Assembly (NCBI GenBank): GCA_965203315.1
Contig: OZ241857.1
Coordinates: 1,824,001 to 1,888,000 of the forward strand
Source: Nitrosopumilus sp.
GTDB lineage: Archaea; Thermoproteota; Nitrososphaeria; Nitrososphaerales; Nitrosopumilaceae
DNA length: 64,000 nt
Direction of reading: 5' to 3'
Position numbers and translations under genes: made by a program
Shown here: piece by piece, positions 10,820-21,296 of the stretch
Position numbering within the stretch: the stretch's first letter is position 1
Layout of the letters: every line of letters begins with the position of its first letter
Notes under the pieces: generated by a model
Told to the model about the DNA's origin: nothing
Seen by the model: only the letters and a program-made list of their open reading frames with translations
Database searches by the model: none

Positions 10820-11175
10820 GCCACATCACTATTAAGTATCTTCCATGCATTAGGCGCTTTCTTATTGGTCAAAAATTGATATGACCAAAAATGGATCTCT
10901 AAACTACTCTCACTTTTAATATGATTAAGAAATTGTATTCCCTGATATTCGTTTTGTGCACTCTTTAGTACCATCATACCGACAAACTTTCGTGCAACAT
11001 CGTCGTCCCAATCATCTTTATTTAGGATCAAATGTTTTTCTGCAATCTTTGCTCTCCACCCAGACACTGAAGCATATTTTATCTTCTTCTTACCAAATAC
11101 ATCATCTACATATACCTGGAGGTTTATTGATTTCTTACTTTTACTTTTTTCAATTGTATGATGATAAGTTCTCAT
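10816..11175 (-). CDS. Small basic protein of the restriction-like operon (occupies the DUF3780 position)
   Basis: 119 aa; 4-bp overlaps with both the ATPase stop and the methyltransferase start. Confidence 0.7.
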   Translation of the reverse strand: MRTYHHTIEKSKSKKSINLQVYVDDVFGKKKIKYASVSGWRAKIAEKHLILNKDDWDDDVARKFVGMMVLKSAQNEYQGIQFLNHIKSESSLEIHFWSYQFLTNKKAPNAWKILNSDVA

Positions 11176-13831
11176 TTTTTCACCAAATTATTTTCTCGTA
11201 ATTTGTCAGATATGTCTACAGACGATTCTAGATCTAGTATAGCAGTACATGATGCAATAGAACAGGATTCTAAACATTTTAGTAGACGTTTGGCCAAAGT
11301 AATGTCTTTAAGTTCACTTGTTATAGTAGCAAGTGTGTTATCTTCTAGATGTATATCAACACGTATTTTTCTATGTGTGCAATCAATAAAAAGTAATTTA
11401 TTTAAGGCGTCAAAGACATCGCTAAACGATCCTAAATCTACTGTATACTTGAATGGATGTTCTCTTTCGATTTCATCATTTGGCAGTAATGGTTCCGATG
11501 TAGAATTCTCTGACTTTGTTGTAGTTTTTTGTTTGATAAAAGTTTTTACAAGATTTTTGTGTATTAAATAGCCAGAAAATTCTACTTGCGTATCTCGAGA
11601 GATGGTACCAAGATACCCCCCCCCTCGACATATTCTTCTAATTCACTAGCATATCCAAACGCTCCATTTTTAACTCCATCAGATATTGCTTGTTTGATCG
11701 AACTCATGTTTTCAACAATTCTTTGTCTTTTGTCATATAGAAAACTATTGTAAATGTCTTCCACCTTTTTGTGCGAGTCCACAGATATAGCGTCTTGACT
11801 GAGTTCAGATACCATCTTGCCCTTACTCTTCAAAAACTCTTTCACCATATCTGTAATGGTTTTATGATGTAGATCAGAGTGTGGCATGTCAGAGAGTCTT
11901 GGTTCAGGACTGTCAGGATAACCTATTTGATTATACCCTACAATACATGCGCGAGTGAGGTTACCTTTTGCTTCTTCCTTTTTTATTGTTATATTCTTAT
12001 GAAATGTTTTATCAGCTCGGATCTATTCATCTTTCTCTGCTTTTTTTATGGCAACCACTTCTTTGGCACAGTCTCTAATTTCATCCACTCTATCTTCATC
12101 AGCATATAAAAATACGATCGTATTTTGGTGTCTTCGCGGCGAATTATCACTAGTATGTGCAATAATATCAGATATTCGTGTCTTCATGTTGTTATTTGTC
12201 TCGTAATGAAAAAAATATAATTTTAGATTCTCATCATCGGGAACATTCTCACTCCAGACTACAAGTTTGAATATTCCTTTTGGAGAATTTACGAGCTCGT
12301 GATGTATTTCATAATCAATCTCTGACTGAGTGATATTTTTTGCGTGTTCTGCAATTATGGCATTCTCATTTGCTACATCAACAAAATAATACTGACCTGC
12401 ATTCTCTTTGACATACCAAAAATATTTTCGGATATCTTCACTCAATGCATTATCGACTAGTGATGAGTCAAATCCAGGCTTGCCTATAGATAACTTGATC
12501 TGTTCAGATGTTATTCCAGATTTTTTGTTAGGTATCTGATGTAATGAATAGAGATAAATTGTTCTTGAGATGGATTCCACAATCTTGACGTGTCTATTTT
12601 GATCTAAATTTTTGGCATGTACTAGACAGTCGGTATTTACAATTTTACCAAACTCATTTCTGTCAATCTTTGAGGTAATCTCATCTAGTATTGATTGATC
12701 TTCTAGATTGATGTGTTCGGTAGATAACAGGAGACAGTCTTTCTTGCTTTTATATATGTCATGTAGTAACAGTGCAAGGAACCGTAACGTCCCTCTTGTT
12801 TGATTAAATTTAGAAATGGTTGAAACTCGCTCATACAGTATCTCAATGATCTTCGGATGAAATGGGTATGATCTCTCCAGTTTATTTTGGAAATCCGAGT
12901 CAATTGTCAAACCCTGATCGGAATAATAATCTAAATACTCTTTTATTACTAACTTTTTTTCGTTTTGGTCAATATCTTTGATCAGTCTATGCCTTATGAC
13001 ATCATAAATCTCGTTTTTTAGTACAGGATTGATTATGCTAGTTTGGCGAGCAAGTGATTCTTTCAATCCCTCTACAACTTTATCTGTTTTTGTAATATTT
13101 CCTTTAATACGATCTGTGGTTTCTTTGAATAATGGTTGCTTATCAGTAAGCGTCATTATGAACATACTATTTTTGCTAGAAGATACTGCACTGATTAATT
13201 TGTAAATAAACGACTCGGTAATCTTGGATTTGTTTGTGTCTCCAACCTTTTCTGCAAGAGTCTCAGTGAGGTAGTGAGGTAGTTCATCGATCATGAGTAG
13301 AGTGGGTTCATCAAAGAACGATTTGATAATATTAAGATCAGATATTGGTTTTGTAGATTCATCATACTCTTTAACTAGATCATATTTACCAAGCTTGTCG
13401 GCAATCTCCCCCCACAATGTATTTCTTTTAACATCTCTACCATCAATTGCTACAACACGAATGTTTGGTATTGAATCGATTCCAAGATCTTTATCGAGAT
13501 CGTATTTTTTGCTATACTCAAAACCAATTTTAGGATTTGATAGAACGTGATACAGCAACATCAAAGTATGTGTCTTGCCTCCACCAAAGCCGGTGTCGAC
13601 AACAATTGCAGGTTTGCCCAGAGATCTAGTGACTCTATGCAATACATCTTTAAGAATTGACTTCATCTGTATTGTAAGAAATGTATTGTCGAGAAACTTT
13701 TCGGGATCTTGATATACCGGATCTGCACTCCCAGAGGTCAGATCATGCATCTCGACAGCAAATTTGTGTAGATCTAGGTTTCCTGTCTCAATCTCATCAC
13801 TAAACTTGCAAGTCTCCCAAATATTCTTCAT
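11172..13831 (-). pseudogene. DUF499 AAA+ ATPase, interrupted by an in-frame TAG (12023-12025) and a frameshift at a G9 tract (11616-11624)
   Basis: Walker A TGFGGGKTHT, Walker B LLMIDEL, SYPFHP, QTRGTLR; reading frame continues past the TAG into ORF 11582-11887, and after the frameshift to TGA 11172-11174. Confidence 0.85.
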
Positions 13832-13929
13832 CTATGATACTTCTCCACTTATCAACAAACTCAATTTACCCCTAAAATAACGTTTGCTAAGTTGTTAAAT
13901 TAGCACAGTAGAACATATAGTCACAATAA

Positions 13930-14014
13930 TGCGGGAAGTGGGATTTGAACCCACGAACTCCTAAGAGATAAGGACCTGAACCTTACGCCGTTGACCGGGC
14001 TGGGCGACTCCCGC
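13930..14014 (-). tRNA. tRNA-Leu (anticodon CAG)
   Basis: Minus strand GCGGGAG...TAAGG-TT-CAG-GT-CCTTA anticodon arm, long variable arm, GGTTCAAATCC T-loop, CTTCCCGC-A acceptor end. Confidence 0.95.
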
Positions 14015-14076
14015 AGTCTATGTATCATAAACCAAGAATAAGTTTCTTTATTAGATTGGCAGATAGACCAGAGATA

Positions 14077-14241
14077 TTGGAGTTTAAAGAGATATACTGT
14101 ACAAACTGTAAAAAGATTCTAGGCAGATACAATACAAAATTTTACAAGGAAGATAAGATACGAGAGATACTAAACACTACTCACTCCGATCACATCCGTA
14201 GTGGGCACCACATAAACATCCGTAGATACAAGCCGAGCTAG
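14077..14241 (+). CDS. Small zinc-ribbon-like hypothetical protein
   Basis: EIYCTNCKKILGRYN...H..SGH; start uncertain (TTG 14077, TTG 14056 or ATG 14020). Confidence 0.7.
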   Translation: MEFKEIYCTNCKKILGRYNTKFYKEDKIREILNTTHSDHIRSGHHINIRRYKPS

Positions 14242-14329
14242 AGATCTAGTATCTCTCTCCCCATGCAGAGTCTGGTAGATCATACTAGAAATTGATTCCA
14301 AATACACGATTGTTCAATGTATGTATTTT

Positions 14330-16405
14330 CTAATTACGCATAGTATTTTCTATAAAGTCAACAATCTTATCCAAGTGACGTAATATTTCATCAATTTCGT
14401 AGTCAGATTTAATATTTTGCTTATAGTCACCAATAGAATTTGTACCTACATTTGAAACATCTTCTAAATTCTCCGTCTCAAGAATATTGTCATTCTTTTT
14501 AACGTTATAACCAACTATTATGTAATTTTTTCTAGCGGTCATACTACAAATTGCGTGTCTTTGGCCGTTGACAAATATGATAAATTTTCCATATACCTTC
14601 CTCATTTCAAATTCTATATCATAATTATAATATTTGGTTTTAATTCTACTTTTAATTGTATTCCATAAGAGCTTAACTTCAGTTTTTTCTAAGTGTTTTT
14701 CTTCAATTGACGCATAAGTGTCGTCAAATGTTTTATCCACAGTTCTAATTGGACGTGGCCATACATTCAATGCAAGATCAATTAGATCGTTAGCTCTTCG
14801 CTTTATACTATTTTGATCCCATTTTGTATATTGAACTAGATCTCTAGAAAGTTTAAAGCTAGAGTCTTTGTATGTGTCTAACTTAATATCAAATTGTTTG
14901 TTACTCAAAGCAGGATTTTTGCCAGTTAATGTAAGGTTGCCGATTGTGTGAAGATATTTATCATGAATTTCTTTATGATCTATACCTAGATACTTTTTCC
15001 ACGGTTCAGTTAATGTTTGTGGCATGATATGTTCAATTTCGATGGTATTCATATTGACCTGTTCTTCATTGTTGTAATTTTCCAATCTCATTAGTGCATA
15101 CTTGCAAATATTTTGTTTTTCATATATGGGTATGTTTCTCAAACTCTCTTTAAATCTGGTATCACTTTGAAATTTATGCATGCCGTCAAGAGATAACAAT
15201 TGTTCTTCTAGACTTTCAAAATATTTTTTGTTTGTAATTTTGGGTACTATTTTTGGTAGTTCTTTATTCAAACCTGCAACGCCATCGCATATAAACTGTC
15301 TAAACATATATGAGTCAATCAATCGAATTATTTTTTTAGTTGTTTCTACATTAATGATTTTTTGATGAAGATCTGCTAAAACTTTTAAAAATATAAAATT
15401 AGGTATACTTGTTTTTTGATCACGCATATATTTCAAAGCATTATTTATCTCTTCAAATTCTTTTACTGCTATATCTAGTGTGCTATTATCAACATCTTTA
15501 AAGCCCAATATTATGCGATAGTATTTTGAATATTCATATATGTTTTTTAGTTCTTCTTTTCTGTCTAATTCTTTTTCTTCTATGTACTTTTTGAATTCTT
15601 CATAAATAGCATTCTGATTTATGTTTGTGTTTGAATGATGTATAATTAAATAAAAGCGTATGAAATCTTCAAAGTGATTTACTTTGTTTTCAGTAAGGGG
15701 TTTTTCCATAGAATACCAATATTTTTCATATAGTTCTTTTTGTGTATCATCATCGTATTGTATCATGATATAACTTTTTATCAAATCTGTTTGCGATAAT
15801 ACTTTTCCTGTGGAGTTAATACTCATAAATATGGCTTGAGGATCTTCATCTTTCTCCACTGTTATAGTTATTAATTTCAGTTTGTTAATACCATCCCACA
15901 ACACATCTATATCTAAATCTTCCTTTTCTAATTGACTAGTAAAAAATTTAAAATTTTTGCTCAGTCGATCAGATTTGAGACTATTGTGATCTAGAATATC
16001 TCTCAGAGGTTTGTTATCTGATAACAAAATTTTATACTTATCGTCACCTTTTACGTTACTATTGAATAACCGCTCTTCAACTTTACTTTTTGTGCAATTT
16101 TTAGCAGATTTTGTATCAAGTATATTATGAATTGCTTTCAAAAGTAGAATTACACTAACGATTCGTTGTTGACCATCAATAATATAGTATTTCGAAATAT
16201 CATCACCTGGCTGTCTAGGTTTTTCAATAATTATGATAGAACCAGTGAAATGAGATTTTCTATCTTTATTTTTTCCAATCGCAACAATATCGTCAAATAA
16301 TTGTTTGCAGTGTTTAGCCTCCCACGTATATTGACGCTGATAGTAAGGCGTGATAAATTGATTGTTTGGTAATATCTTTAATAAAAATTCATCCTTCGGA
16401 TTCAT
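14330..16405 (-). CDS. GmrSD-type (DUF262 + DUF1524 HNH) modification-dependent restriction endonuclease with extra C-terminal domain
   Basis: YQRQYTW, IIDGQQR, IFMSINSTG; EHIMPQ...IGNLTL...N; very AT-rich. Confidence 0.88.
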   Translation of the reverse strand: MNPKDEFLLKILPNNQFITPYYQRQYTWEAKHCKQLFDDIVAIGKNKDRKSHFTGSIIIIEKPRQPGDDISKYYIIDGQQRIVSVILLLKAIHNILDTKSAKNCTKSKVEERLFNSNVKGDDKYKILLSDNKPLRDILDHNSLKSDRLSKNFKFFTSQLEKEDLDIDVLWDGINKLKLITITVEKDEDPQAIFMSINSTGKVLSQTDLIKSYIMIQYDDDTQKELYEKYWYSMEKPLTENKVNHFEDFIRFYLIIHHSNTNINQNAIYEEFKKYIEEKELDRKEELKNIYEYSKYYRIILGFKDVDNSTLDIAVKEFEEINNALKYMRDQKTSIPNFIFLKVLADLHQKIINVETTKKIIRLIDSYMFRQFICDGVAGLNKELPKIVPKITNKKYFESLEEQLLSLDGMHKFQSDTRFKESLRNIPIYEKQNICKYALMRLENYNNEEQVNMNTIEIEHIMPQTLTEPWKKYLGIDHKEIHDKYLHTIGNLTLTGKNPALSNKQFDIKLDTYKDSSFKLSRDLVQYTKWDQNSIKRRANDLIDLALNVWPRPIRTVDKTFDDTYASIEEKHLEKTEVKLLWNTIKSRIKTKYYNYDIEFEMRKVYGKFIIFVNGQRHAICSMTARKNYIIVGYNVKKNDNILETENLEDVSNVGTNSIGDYKQNIKSDYEIDEILRHLDKIVDFIENTMRN

Positions 16406-16656
16406 ATAATTTAGTTAAATAAGTAGTATATAAAGATCAAAACAGACTCTTCTCAACATGTGGATGGTAAAACAATATGAAAACTAGACATTCGTTTCCC
16501 AAACATTAAGAATTTACAATATTCGATACATAACCCAAAGTGTCATTGCATAGTTTTGTGAGAATTATGTGCCACCTGTCACCGCCATCATATTGCAGAG
16601 ATCATAACGTTGTAAGTACTATCCAAATAAAAGAATCGAAATGTAACAGAAACGAA

Positions 16657-17172
16657 TCACAACAGTTGCGTCACGTCAGACAGAGACTTGATCCGCATCA
16701 GTCCTGTAACGTGTAGGTTCCAAGGTTGTGTATACAGTATCATCTGCTTGTTCTCTGTGATCATCTTTGTGGCAGTGATCGGCGAGTCATCGATAAAAAC
16801 ATCATAGTCTAGATCTGCTTTCATCACTCCTGCTGCAACAGACACATAATTACGATATACGATACCGTGATATCTCAACCACGCTTTGACGGATGTATCT
16901 GTATCAGGACTGCGTGCAGTAACGATATCAACATCTCCAAGATCTGACAAACGAGACGTTTTGTCTCCAAGATCACTTTCAGTTGGTGGAATACCACTCC
17001 AATTATTCCAACAAGAATCTAGTTGTGTGTGAAATGTATCTCTAGGTATTTCGAGATCCTTCCAAAAGTCCCACGATTTGATATCTTGTACATGAATGTC
17101 AGTTTTACTAGTACGTATCCAAGATGTAATGACATCTGCCAATACACCATCCACATCTAGAGCAATCTTCAT
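16657..17172 (-). CDS. HAD-family 5'(3')-deoxyribonucleotidase-like protein
   Basis: [24 protein letters not shown]. Confidence 0.85.
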   Translation of the reverse strand: MKIALDVDGVLADVITSWIRTSKTDIHVQDIKSWDFWKDLEIPRDTFHTQLDSCWNNWSGIPPTESDLGDKTSRLSDLGDVDIVTARSPDTDTSVKAWLRYHGIVYRNYVSVAAGVMKADLDYDVFIDDSPITATKMITENKQMILYTQPWNLHVTGLMRIKSLSDVTQLL

Positions 17173-18263
17173 CGACTAAACGATCTCTGGAGTTCAGATA
17201 GTAAAGCCTTTTGCTCATCGTTGAGTTTTTTGGGTACATTTACAACAACTCTAACATATTGATCTCCTCTGCCTCTACCATACTTGACGTTAGGTACGCC
17301 TTTGCCCTTTAGTTTGATTATTGTGTTTGGTTGACTGCCTGAATCTACCTTTATCTTTTCGTCTCCTTCCAGTGTAGGAACGACGACCTCACAGCCAAGA
17401 GCAGCATCAACTATAGAGATGTTGTGATCATAAAATATATCCCGTCCATCTCGTTTGAATTTGTTGTGTTGTTTGACATGTATTCGAACCACAAGATTAC
17501 CGTTTGAGCCATCTGGAACCTCGTTTCCTTCGCCAGATACCAAATAGTCGTCCGAGTCTACTCCTGGCGGAATTGGAACATTTATCTGCTTACGTCCTCT
17601 CTTTACTCCTCTTCCTTTACAATCTTTACACGGGTTAGTAACGATCGAACCGCTACCACTACAAACCGAGCAAGTGGTTGCGGTTACAAATGATGCAAAT
17701 CCCACATTTTTGGTCTGGCGTATCTGACCTCGACCGTGACAAGTATCACAAGCCTTTAGATCTGTTCCTGGTTTACATCTAGAGCCATTACAAGTATTAC
17801 AGATGATCTGCTTTTGTAGATCGATGTTGATATCTTTACCATGCAAGACATCTTCGAGTGTTAGTGTAGTCTCGTATAGCAGATCAGAGCCTCGTGATTC
17901 TGTAAATCCAGAGAATCCTCCACCACCGCGACCAAATATACTCTCGAATATAGATTCGAATCCTCCACCACCGCGACCAAATATATCACCAAAGTCTCCT
18001 CTAGCACCACTAAAGATATCATCACGGCTATATCGTCCATCAACACCTTCGTGACCATACTTGTCATAGATGCCTCGCTTTTCATTATCGGATAAGACAG
18101 CATATGCCTCTGTTACCTCTTTAAAGTGCTCTGCAGCTTCTGTGGTTTTGTTACGATCAGGATGAAACTTTAATGCGAGTTTACGATATTGGCGTTTTAT
18201 CTCATCCGTAGACGAGTCCTTGGATACACCAAGAACCTCATAATAGTCTCGTTTTGCAGACAT
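17169..18263 (-). CDS. dnaJ: Chaperone DnaJ
   Basis: J domain with HPD, G/F region, CxxCxGxG zinc repeats. Confidence 0.97.
   Translation of the reverse strand: MSAKRDYYEVLGVSKDSSTDEIKRQYRKLALKFHPDRNKTTEAAEHFKEVTEAYAVLSDNEKRGIYDKYGHEGVDGRYSRDDIFSGARGDFGDIFGRGGGGFESIFESIFGRGGGGFSGFTESRGSDLLYETTLTLEDVLHGKDINIDLQKQIICNTCNGSRCKPGTDLKACDTCHGRGQIRQTKNVGFASFVTATTCSVCSGSGSIVTNPCKDCKGRGVKRGRKQINVPIPPGVDSDDYLVSGEGNEVPDGSNGNLVVRIHVKQHNKFKRDGRDIFYDHNISIVDAALGCEVVVPTLEGDEKIKVDSGSQPNTIIKLKGKGVPNVKYGRGRGDQYVRVVVNVPKKLNDEQKALLSELQRSFSR
17913..17985. repeat. 28-bp perfect direct repeat in the dnaJ G/F region
   Basis: GAATCCTCCACCACCGCGACCAAATATA at 17913-17940 and 17958-17985 (IFGRGGGGF twice). Confidence 0.85.
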
Positions 18264-18303
18264 GATTCATCGATTAATTATACGGGTATAAATGGTATTA
18301 GAG

Positions 18304-20232
18304 TTAGTTTGGTTTCTGTTCAGTGTCTGTTTGAGATTGATCTTGATCAGACGTTTGATCAGCAGTCGTGTCTTTATCATCGGTTTGACTAGTTGTATCA
18401 TGGGTGGTTTGATCACTAGTTTGATCAGTGCCATTATTGGTCTGATCTTGAGCACCTGTTGCACCTTCGGCACCTGGAGGAGTACTCTGATAGAGTTGTG
18501 TAGATACCTCGTTTACGACATTTTGTAGCTCTTCGAGTTTGGGTTTTAGTACATCTGATTCTTTGTCTAAAACTTCTCTGACGGACTTTATTGCGTCAGT
18601 GACTTTGATTCCCTGCTCTTGTGTTATCTTGTCTTTGAGATCATGATTGATGAGCTTTTCTGATGTGTATATGAAACTCTCGGCCTCGTTTCTGAGATCT
18701 ATTGCTTCCTTTTTCTTTTTGTCTTCTTCTGAAAACTTTTCTGCATCTTGTTTCAGTTTCTCGATCTCATCTTTGGATAGTTTTGTGGAAGACTCTATTG
18801 TAATCTTGGCCTCTTTTTGTGTGCCTAGATCTTTGGCAGTGACATTTATGATTCCGTTTGCATCGATATCAAACTTTACTTCTATTTGAGGAACGCCACG
18901 TGGTGCCGGTGGTATATCAGTCAAGTTAAAGCTACCCAGAGAGACGTTGTCTGTTGCCATGGGTCGTTCACCCTGAACTACATGGATAGTTACAGCTGTT
19001 TGATTGTCAGCTGCAGTCGTAAAGACCTTACCCTTCGATGTAGGAATAGTTGTATTTCTCTCTATTAGTGGTTCACGTACGCCACCCAATGTCTCGATTC
19101 CCAGAGTCAGAGGTGTAACGTCCAACAGTACAATATCACTCGTAACATCTCCTGCAATGATTCCAGCTTGAATAGCAGCGCCCATTGCGACAGCTTCCAT
19201 AGGATCTACTCCAGACTCGGCTTGACGTCCAACTACATCACTGACAAACTTTTTAACCATAGGAATTCTAGTCGGACCGCCAACCATCACAATCTTGTTT
19301 ACGTCAGCAGGAGATAGCTTGGCGTCTTCTAATGCCTTTAGAATCGATGGTTTGCAACGCTCGACTATGGGTCCAATGAGCTCGTCTAGTTTTGCTCGGG
19401 TTACACGAACCTCCAAGTTTTTAGCTCCTGTCGATTGATCATGTGCGATAAACGGTAGATTTACATCTGTCTCCATTACAGTAGAGAGTTCAATCTTGGC
19501 CTTCTCTGCAGACTCTCTCACTCTAGTCATAGCTGTTGGATCAGATGTGAGATCAATACCCTCCTTTTTCTTAAACTCATCTACAAGATAATCAACAACA
19601 ACTTTGTCCATATCAGCACCGCCCAGATGAGTATCACCAGAGGTACTCATCACCTCAAAGACGCCACCGCCCATCTCCATTATCGTAACATCAAGAGTGC
19701 CACCACCAAAGTCAAATACCAGAATCTTCATGTCCTCCTTTGCTTTATCTAGACCAAATGCTAGAGATGCAGCTGTAGGTTCGTTGATTATACGAACAAC
19801 ATCTAGACCAGCTATTGTTCCAGCATCTTTTGTTGCTTGTCGTTGGTTATCATCAAAGTATGCAGGAACTGTAATCACAGCCTTTTCGATCGACTCACCC
19901 GTAAAGGCTTCAGCGTCTTTCTTTATCTTTTGTAGTATATACGCTGAGATCTGTTGTGGTTTGTACTCTTTACCTTGAATATTAAATACATGATCTGTGC
20001 CCATCTTTCGTTTTGCTTCGATTATAGTATTGGTAGGATTAGTGACTGCCTGTCTTCGTGCAGGTTCACCTACAAGTAGATCGCCATCTTTAGAGAATGC
20101 GACGACCGACGGAAATGCTTTTCCACCTACAGTAGCGCCCTCTGCTGCTGGAATGATGGTAGGCTTGCCACCCACAACTACAGCAGCTGCAGAGTTACTC
20201 GTTCCTAGGTCAATACCAATGACTTTACTCAT
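18304..20232 (-). CDS. dnaK: Chaperone DnaK (Hsp70)
   Basis: [31 protein letters not shown]; alternative start 20238. Confidence 0.98.
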   Translation of the reverse strand: MSKVIGIDLGTSNSAAAVVVGGKPTIIPAAEGATVGGKAFPSVVAFSKDGDLLVGEPARRQAVTNPTNTIIEAKRKMGTDHVFNIQGKEYKPQQISAYILQKIKKDAEAFTGESIEKAVITVPAYFDDNQRQATKDAGTIAGLDVVRIINEPTAASLAFGLDKAKEDMKILVFDFGGGTLDVTIMEMGGGVFEVMSTSGDTHLGGADMDKVVVDYLVDEFKKKEGIDLTSDPTAMTRVRESAEKAKIELSTVMETDVNLPFIAHDQSTGAKNLEVRVTRAKLDELIGPIVERCKPSILKALEDAKLSPADVNKIVMVGGPTRIPMVKKFVSDVVGRQAESGVDPMEAVAMGAAIQAGIIAGDVTSDIVLLDVTPLTLGIETLGGVREPLIERNTTIPTSKGKVFTTAADNQTAVTIHVVQGERPMATDNVSLGSFNLTDIPPAPRGVPQIEVKFDIDANGIINVTAKDLGTQKEAKITIESSTKLSKDEIEKLKQDAEKFSEEDKKKKEAIDLRNEAESFIYTSEKLINHDLKDKITQEQGIKVTDAIKSVREVLDKESDVLKPKLEELQNVVNEVSTQLYQSTPPGAEGATGAQDQTNNGTDQTSDQTTHDTTSQTDDKDTTADQTSDQDQSQTDTEQKPN

Positions 20233-20238
20233 TCTCAT

Positions 20239-20940
20239 TTACTCCTTTTTTGATATTTTGACTAGTGTCGGTCTTATAACTCTAGACTGTGAAATATATC
20301 CCTTTCGAACCTCTTCGACTATGGTACCATCATCTAGACTTGGGTTAATTATACTAGATATAGCCTCATGATATGTAGGATCAAAGATCTCACCTAGTGC
20401 ATCGATCGGAGAGGTGTCGTATCTTTTAAGCAGTGCGTCCATATTCTTGAGTATGGCATCGAGACCGTGTGTGTCAACTTGATTTTGGGCAAAGGCATCC
20501 TTTGCTCGTATAAAATCATCATAAACACCCAGAAAATCTAAAATAAATTTATCAATTTGTGCATTAATGCCATTTTTTATATCAGCTTGGGTCTTTTTTG
20601 ACAAGTTTTCATAATCAGCTAGAACATGTTGAAGTTTTACCTCATAGTCATTGGTCTTTATTATTTGAGACTCGAGTTGAGCAGCTAGTTCATCATAGCT
20701 AGGCACATGTTCAGAGATAGATTCGATATTAGAGACGGATGGGTCTAAACGTTCATCTGTATCTTTTGTGCTCGAGACATCGATTGCAGTGTCATCTGGG
20801 GTGTCATTGATTGCGTTTGTTTCACTAGAGGTATCACCAACAGCGTCACACAATGAACCATCCTGTATATCATTTGAGGCATCATCTACAGTATTTGGTA
20901 TGATAGAGATTGGCACGTTAGAATCGGCTTCAGAAGACAT
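20239..20940 (-). CDS. grpE: Nucleotide exchange factor GrpE with acidic N-terminal extension
   Basis: LADYENLSK, FDPTYHEAI, KGY..RVIRPTLVKIS; first gene of grpE-dnaK-dnaJ. Confidence 0.93.
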   Translation of the reverse strand: MSSEADSNVPISIIPNTVDDASNDIQDGSLCDAVGDTSSETNAINDTPDDTAIDVSSTKDTDERLDPSVSNIESISEHVPSYDELAAQLESQIIKTNDYEVKLQHVLADYENLSKKTQADIKNGINAQIDKFILDFLGVYDDFIRAKDAFAQNQVDTHGLDAILKNMDALLKRYDTSPIDALGEIFDPTYHEAISSIINPSLDDGTIVEEVRKGYISQSRVIRPTLVKISKKE

Positions 20941-21296
20941 TGTGTTTGGGATATACTTGCAGTCTAATTTAATATTAGTGTAGAGAGGTCATTCTCGTAA
21001 AATACAAGAGAACTAGAAACCATTGATTAGACGGTTCCCACTAGTCACTAACTGAGATAAATAAAACAAACAATCACTACAGTTTGCCCAAATGTCTATT
21101 TCAGCAGGCTATCATATCTTCTTTTGGTGGTGGCTCTGGCTCGCCTAACGATTTTTAATGTATTCTAGTATAATTTCTAGAAAAACAATTGTGGTAATTC
21201 GATCGCAATGATCAAAGGGATCATGTCAGATATCATGTTTAGAGGCTCAAAGCAATTAACTCCAAAATACAAACTTTTGATGATAATATCAATAAC

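Noticed and set aside
11158-11571. 137-aa plus-strand ORF and the many other short antisense ORFs in the track
   Set aside because: Shadows of real genes on the opposite strand; this one mirrors the frameshifted DUF499 C-terminus
12023-12025. TAG read-through as pyrrolysine or recoding
   Set aside because: No pyl genes in the window, TAG is the normal stop of many core genes here, and the same gene has a second lesion
16486-16657. Degenerate MITE (AGACATTCGTTTC...GAAACGAAT)
   Set aside because: Only a 9-bp inverted match, no complete right end or TSD
17169-20940. Bacterial-type grpE-dnaK-dnaJ (and uvrBAC) in an archaeon as novel HGT
   Set aside because: Already known features of mesophilic Thaumarchaeota
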